A stretch of 41,164 bases of DNA from Chrysochromulina tobinii. Lineage: Eukaryota. Where the stretch lies: contig JWZX01003386.1 of the NCBI GenBank assembly GCA_001275005.1, positions 1-41,164 of the forward strand. Reading direction: 5' to 3'. The translations under genes and the position numbers were made by a program. The notes beneath the pieces were generated by a model, which was not told the DNA's origin, ran no database searches, and saw only the letters and a list, made by a program, of their open reading frames with translations. Below, piece by piece: positions 35,247 through 41,164 of the stretch. Each line of letters begins with the position of its first letter. Position 1 is the first letter of the stretch.

Positions 35247-38048
35247 ATGTCAGCGACGCCGCCGCCTGGAGCGACACGGCAGAAGCGCAAGCCTCGAGGG
35301 CCGCCGTCCCCGCGCCCGGTGTACGATGCCACGCCACTTTTCCGTCGTCAATCGTTGCCCCGGCCGTCGACTTCCATGCAGAAGGGCATCCAGCCGCCAC
35401 GCCACACGAAATCCTTCGCGCCACAGCGGCATTCTTCGGTGGGACGTGCCCGTGGCGATTCGCCGCGCTCTACGGGCTCCTTGGGTACCGTGGATACCGC
35501 GCTCGCGCAATGGGCAGCGGCCGAGCGCCCGGCAGCGCCACCATCGGTTGGTGGTTTCTCCATGAGCTCTGTGGACACCGCGCTCGCTCAATGGGCAGCG
35601 GCCGAGCGCGCAGCCCGCCAAGCCAGCGGCCAGTCCGTTACAGCGGACTCGTCGGCGCTTCCAGGGACGCGCGCGCAGCTCGAGGCGGAGGTGCTCAGGC
35701 TACAGCGGGAGCTCGCGGCGGCGCGGCGCGGCACGCATGTGTCCGAGCGAGTGGACAAGGAGCTGCGGCGGGTCAAGCGCTTGTGGCAGGAGTCGGAGCA
35801 CCGGCTGCTGCTGCTCCAGAACGAGCTGCGCACCTCGCAGGTGACGCTGCGGACGCTCGCGGCTGACCTCACCCATGCGGAGGCGCTCACGGCGGCGCAG
35901 GCCTCGCGCATCGACGAGCTTGTGGCGGCGGCTGAAGTGAATGCGGCACTGTATCGGTCGCGCGCTGATGAACTCGAGAGGACACAGCTGGCCATCACAG
36001 ACAAGGCCGCCATGGTGAGGCAGCTGCAGCTGCAGCTGGTGGCGACGGCTGTGTCGGCGGAGGCGCTTTCCAGCGAGGTGCATCAGCTTGAGGTGGCGGC
36101 GGCGGAGCAGCTGGAGGAAACGGCTACGCTACTCACGAAGATGCACGCGAGCGCCACCGAGCGCGCGCAGCAGCACCGCGCGCAGCTGGCCCTTTGGGAG
36201 CAGCGCGCCTCTGCCCTCATCGAGGCGGGCCCGAACATCAGGCTCGATTTGGTCCTCCATCAAGGCAACGCGGACATGTTTGCGCAGTTCCGCTCGTTGA
36301 TCGCCGAGCAGCGTACCAACTGCGAGCAGGAGGCAGCGCTGCTGCGCGGCTGGGTGGTTCGTTCCGACGGACGCGGACGCAAGGAGCTGCAGGCGCAGCT
36401 GGCGGGCTTGCGGCAGCAGCTTGTCGACGTACAGAGCGCTCGCGACCAGCTGCGCTCGTCCGCACACCATGAGGAGCTGGCGAGCGCAATGGCGAAAGTC
36501 GACCAGGCAGAGAGGGCGATACACCAACTCGAGTCGCTGCTGAACGACGAGCGTCGGCTTGCAGCCGCGCGTGAAAAGGCCGCCGCCGCCGCCGCTGCCG
36601 AGCACCGCGCCGCCGTCGCCTCGGCGGTAGCGGAACTCAAGCAAGCGGCAGCCCAGATGGACGCTGGGCTTGGGCGTGTGGTCGAGTTGGAGGTGGAAGC
36701 AGTACGCAGGCTGCAGCACCAGGAGGCCTTCCGTGCGCGCACCGCGTCGCTGCTGCTGCTCCAGCGCCACCGGCCGACCCTCGCCAAGTGTTACCGCGCA
36801 TGGCGTGCGGAGACTGCGAAGAATGTCGGCGCGAAGCTTGCGAAGGGCAGCTCCTCAGAAGCGATCCAGCAATTGAGGCACCGCTCGCTCTCGGTGGCGC
36901 TCTCGGGGGGGGTGGCCGGATCGGTGATCTCGGAGTACATGGCCGCGACGCTCAGCGCCGTTGAGGACGAGTGGGCGCGGCGCGAGGTGAACGTGGAGGC
37001 ACGCCACGCGGCGCTGCTCGACGAGGTCAAAGCCTCGAAGACCCTAGCAGCTCGAGCGATCAAGGAGAACGAGGAACAGCGCGGAAGGTTGGACATACAC
37101 GCAGCCGCGCTGGCGTCCGAGGCAGAAGAGATGCGGCGCAACTTGCAGGCGGCACAGGAGCGCGAGCGCGCCGCGGCGATGGAGCTCGAGCAGCTGCGCA
37201 CACGGATGGCGAAGACGGCGAGCGGGGGGCACGTCGACGCAGTGCGACTCGGCGTCGAGCTAGATTCGGCTCAACGCGAGGTGGCGGAGCTGCGCACGAT
37301 GCTGGCGGCCGCGGACGAGCGCCATGCCGCCGAGCTTGCGCAGGGGCGCGCGCAGGTCACCAAGGCTGAGGCACGCCGCCTCGAGCTGCAAGCAGAGCTC
37401 GCAGCGCGCGCTCGCGAGCTCGCGGACGTGCGCCGGTCCGCCGGCGAGCTGCAGAACGTGATGGTCGCAGCAGCACAGCTCGAGGCGGGGCGGCAGGTAG
37501 AGGCGTTGGAGGAGGCGTGCAAAGCGCTCGACGAGCGCCTGCAGCGTGAGGTGCGCGCTCGGCTGGAGGAGGCCGAGGCGCACCGCAAGTCGCTCGATGG
37601 CCTCACTTCCGAGCTCAACTACGTGCGGCGCCAGCTCGAGGAGGAGTACAAACCCAAGCTCATGGAGACGCGCATCGAGCTGGAGGCGGCGCGCGCCGAG
37701 CTCAGCGGCTTACGAGAGGGGCTGCGCTTCGAGGCGGGCCGCGACGCGCGCAGGCCGGCCGAAGACGGCCGGCACGCCGCCGTGGCTGTGGGCATCGTGG
37801 TGAGTCCGTCCAAGACGCAGTCTGCCCTGCCGTACATCGAGGGCGAGGAGGAGGAGGCCAGGGCCGAGGAGCCCCCACGGGGTGGGGGGAAAGGGCCCCG
37901 GCCAGCGCGCGGGCACAGGCGGCGCACCTCAGGACGAGTGCGAGAGCGAGCCTCAGAAGCACTCGCTGTCGCTGGTAAGGACGGTCGCGACGGTCAAGCT
38001 CGAAGTCGCCGGGCCCACTCTCACCATTCTGAACTCGTTGTACCCTAG
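35247..38048 (+). CDS. Long coiled-coil protein of unknown function (true end possibly 38070 via a frameshift)
   Basis: 933-aa ORF, heptad-rich in A/E/L/Q/R for about 700 aa; VDTALAQWAAAER duplicated (35490-35528, 35571-35609). Confidence 0.8.
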   Translation: MSATPPPGATRQKRKPRGPPSPRPVYDATPLFRRQSLPRPSTSMQKGIQPPRHTKSFAPQRHSSVGRARGDSPRSTGSLGTVDTALAQWAAAERPAAPPSVGGFSMSSVDTALAQWAAAERAARQASGQSVTADSSALPGTRAQLEAEVLRLQRELAAARRGTHVSERVDKELRRVKRLWQESEHRLLLLQNELRTSQVTLRTLAADLTHAEALTAAQASRIDELVAAAEVNAALYRSRADELERTQLAITDKAAMVRQLQLQLVATAVSAEALSSEVHQLEVAAAEQLEETATLLTKMHASATERAQQHRAQLALWEQRASALIEAGPNIRLDLVLHQGNADMFAQFRSLIAEQRTNCEQEAALLRGWVVRSDGRGRKELQAQLAGLRQQLVDVQSARDQLRSSAHHEELASAMAKVDQAERAIHQLESLLNDERRLAAAREKAAAAAAAEHRAAVASAVAELKQAAAQMDAGLGRVVELEVEAVRRLQHQEAFRARTASLLLLQRHRPTLAKCYRAWRAETAKNVGAKLAKGSSSEAIQQLRHRSLSVALSGGVAGSVISEYMAATLSAVEDEWARREVNVEARHAALLDEVKASKTLAARAIKENEEQRGRLDIHAAALASEAEEMRRNLQAAQERERAAAMELEQLRTRMAKTASGGHVDAVRLGVELDSAQREVAELRTMLAAADERHAAELAQGRAQVTKAEARRLELQAELAARARELADVRRSAGELQNVMVAAAQLEAGRQVEALEEACKALDERLQREVRARLEEAEAHRKSLDGLTSELNYVRRQLEEEYKPKLMETRIELEAARAELSGLREGLRFEAGRDARRPAEDGRHAAVAVGIVVSPSKTQSALPYIEGEEEEARAEEPPRGGGKGPRPARGHRRRTSGRVRERASEALAVAGKDGRDGQARSRRAHSHHSELVVP

Positions 38049-38442
38049 GAACATGCCCTATCCAAAATAGATGTACAGTATAGAACGTGATCGAAGTGGG
38101 GGGTATTTAGTGTAATCGTACGACCGCGCCCTCGACGAGAGTGCTTTTTCCCCGCGGCAGCGCCCGCGCGTCCGTCCCGAAGGCAACTTTTATAAAATAA
38201 CCATTCTCGGTAAACGCGAGCTAAAATTCGAATCGAGCGCGCAGCGCCACCTCGCTTCCGCGCTTGACGTTTGATATGTTGTGGTTTCTATCTTGGCATC
38301 TTGTACTTCAAGGACAGGGCGACGTCGGTGAAACACTCTCCAACGTGAACTAAAACTTCGAAGGGCGTGAAGGAAAAGGCCGCCTGAATCGCCGCCGCGC
38401 CACGCGATCGCGATCCAAAGAAGGCGGAAGATACTGCAACAA

Positions 38443-40553
38443 ATGTCAGGCGTGGATACACCGACCGAGACAAAGCAGACGCTGACAGAGGAGCCCAAGG
38501 CTGCCGCCGAGGGCGCCAAGCCCGAAACGGATGCGAACTCGAAGCTGCGTCGGCGCAGACCTGGAGTGAGTGCCACCATTCCCAATCTCACCTGAGGCCG
38601 AGCTACTTGTGCCTGCTGCGCGCCTGCAGTTCCAGGCGCCGCGGCAGCCTGATGCCGCACGCTTGCTCCGTCTTCCCCCGCGCACAGGTCGGCGGTCATA
38701 TCATCGGCGAGGCAGCCGAAATGGCGACCGGAGAGCTGGTCGCTGCGATGGCCGGCTCTGTCCTGGAGATGGGCATTGAGGAGCCACACATCGCGCGGCT
38801 ACGTGGGCTGCCGTGGAACTACGGCATCAAGGAGGTGTGCGAATTCCTCTCCAACGTAAACGTCAATCTGCAGCCGGCGGCAGTCACGATGCTGCACAAT
38901 GCTGCTGGCGAGGCTTTTGTGACGCTCTCAACGGCGGCGCAGCTTGGCGAGGTGCTGCAGGCCAACCACCAGGAGATTGGCCGCCGGTACGTAGAGATCT
39001 TCACGTCGAACTCCGAGGAGAAGCAGGCCGCGTGCGAGCGAAACCGTGCGACCATGCGCGACGACGCCGACTACCGCGGTGTACTCCGAATGCGCGGACT
39101 TCCTTTCTCGACGAGCCCCGAGGACATTCTCGTGTTTTTCGGCTCGCCTCCGACGCTGCAGCTGAGCAACGTGCACCTGATGCGCAAGGCGGACGGCCGC
39201 TCGTCGGGCGACGCTTACGCGGTCTTCGACACCGAGGAGGCCGCCGTCGAGGCGCTGCAGTACGACAAGCAGAAGCTGGGCTCGCGCTGGGTTGACCTCT
39301 TCCAGTCCAACAAGGGCGAGCTCTATTCGCTCACGTCGCTTGGCGGCATCATGCTCGGGCAGGACGCGCAGGCGGGGTCGCCGGTAGCGGCGCTTGGCGA
39401 CGGCTACTGGGTGGTCAAGCTGCGTGGCCTGCCGTGGTCGGTGACGCTCGAGAACATTGCGATCTTCTTGAATGGCATCACGATACCCAAAGGAGGCGTC
39501 CACCTGATGAATGGCGTCAATGGGCGCCCGTCGGGTCTTGCATATGTGGAGCTCTCGTCTGAGGAGGACCAGAAAGAGGCGCTCTGCCGCGACAAGCAGT
39601 CCATCGGGGGCCGATACATCGATGTGTTCGCGTGCTCTCAGACCGAGCTCCAGGCACGTCTTGCTGGCGGCCTCGAGCGCGGCGGGCTCCCAGGCAACTC
39701 AGGGAGCTCCTCGACGGCGGACGCGCACTTCGTCAAGCTGCGCGGGCTGCCGTACCAGATAAACGAGCAGCAGATCTCGGCCTTTTTCCAGCCACTCTTC
39801 GTGGTCGCGGTGCAGATCGCCTTCAACCCGAGCCGCCAGCCCTCGGGCTTCGGTTACGTGCAGTTCCGCACGCCCGAAGATACCACGCAGGCGCTCCACC
39901 GCACCAACCAGGTGCTTGGTAGCCGGTACGTCGAAATCTTCCGGTGCACGCGCGCCGAGATGGAGCAGGCGCGCATGCACGCGCTCACCGTGATGCCCTC
40001 CCCGCGTGGTCATGGCGGCGCTCCGCCCGCCGGCCAGCGCGGCGGCGGCGGCGGGCGCGCTCACCCCTCAGAGAGCGCCTACGCTGCGTACCAGGCTGCT
40101 CTCCAGACCCTCGCGATGCGCCAGCATCATAGCGGCTACACGCAGCAGGGCGGGTACGCTTCCGGGGGTGGCTATCACGGCGCCGAGTACGCGGTCGCCA
40201 ACGGCGCTCTCTCGGCGGCCAACGGTAATGGCTCGTACGCTGCTGGCTACGGCAGCGGCGCAGACGTCTACTCTGGCACGGCGGGCGGCTATGGGCAGAG
40301 CACTGGCGGCTACGCGCAGGGCTCGGGCGGCTATGGGCAGGTGGCCGGCGGCTACGGACCCACCGCGGGCAGCGGCGGCGCCGGCTATGGCACGCACGCG
40401 CCCGCACCGGCGGGCTACGCCTCCGCCGCGGGCAACTCGTCCCAGTACTACCCCCCGCAAGCGGCCGCGGCCACTGGCGGCGCGCAAGGCTATACGGCCG
40501 CCGACTACGCGAACTACAGCAACTACTATTACTCATCGGGCACGTACCAGTAA
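38443..40553 (+). CDS. hnRNP F/H / ESRP-like RNA-binding protein with four qRRMs and a Gly/Tyr-rich tail; exons 38443-38565 and 38688-40553
   Basis: RLRGLPW, RMRGLPF, KLRGLPW and KLRGLPY, each with GxAY/FV-like and RY/W-V/I-E/D-x-F motifs. A 122-nt gtgagt..cacag intron joins the 41-codon exon 1 in frame. Confidence 0.9.
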
Positions 40554-41164
40554 CGCGCGACCCGTGCGGCGGTCCCCTCGGGCTCTGCACCCTCTAGCGC
40601 GCCTGTCTGTGGCTCGAAGCGTCGTCTTGGGCGCGCACCGAGCGCACCGAGCGCAGCAAAGCTCCTCGAAGTACCTAATTAGGCGTGGCTGGTGACCTAA
40701 TCAGGTGTCCTCCGACCGCAGCAAGCGCCTCGACCGCAACGCGCCATAAATCTTGCCGAAAGCCGAGGGGCCTTCTTGCTGACCCATGGGCGCCTGAGCT
40801 GCGAGTCGCAAGAGCACGTATCTTCAGATCAGGCAATACGGCCAACTTTGGGCAGAGTCTCTCCTCTCGCAGCACTCATTGACCTTGTACTACGTAGCTA
40901 AGCTTCGATGGGCGATGGTACAACTCCTGATTCGATCCTCCTGTGTGTGTCTCTCCCGTCCAGTTATACGTACGCTGCGGCCCGTTCGGCGTATCTATCT
41001 ACGGGCGAATGGGGAATGAAGCGCATTCTGCGCTAACCTCCCGCGGGATCAGGTGGCGTTTCCGGTTAACCGTACACGTCTTCTCTGTGCATCACACTTG
41101 TTAGGGATGTTAAGTAATAATCAGCCCCGAGAGCTGGCCTTGTGAGGCCGAGCTCTGAGTCCCC

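Noticed and set aside
40632..40710. gcgcaccga tandem and acctaattagg/acctaatcagg pair
   Set aside because: Very short repeats in a 3' flank, with no supporting structure.

Overview
This is GC-rich, intron-poor eukaryotic nuclear DNA, not prokaryotic. A haptophyte-like alga is my inference from gene content, plastid-type leaders and (GACTT)n microsatellites. About 20 protein-coding genes are densely packed, many head-to-head. They include an FAD oxidoreductase, SBDS with a Sel1 repeat, an organellar RRM protein, an ER FKBP, DHX8/Prp22, an EEP-fold protein, a methyltransferase-11-like protein, a NEK kinase, serine acetyltransferase, a PAP2 phosphatase, Cu/Zn SOD, a TTL-family ligase, centrin, a long coiled-coil protein and a 4x qRRM hnRNP F/H-like protein. 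The most striking item is one ORF fusing a PX (phosphoinositide-binding) domain to an intact-looking CobT (vitamin B12 lower-ligand phosphoribosyltransferase), with a C-terminal membrane anchor and possibly a myristoylated N-terminus. This suggests endomembrane-localised B12 remodelling. Intergenic DNA holds three small ACTT-core microsatellite insertions flanked by target-site-like direct repeats, a foldback 12-bp array, a 103-bp tandem repeat ending in a perfect hairpin, and a recurrent TACATGTA promoter palindrome. Several genes carry single-base indels in short base runs, probably assembly errors. No rRNA, tRNA, CRISPR array or autonomous transposon was recognised.
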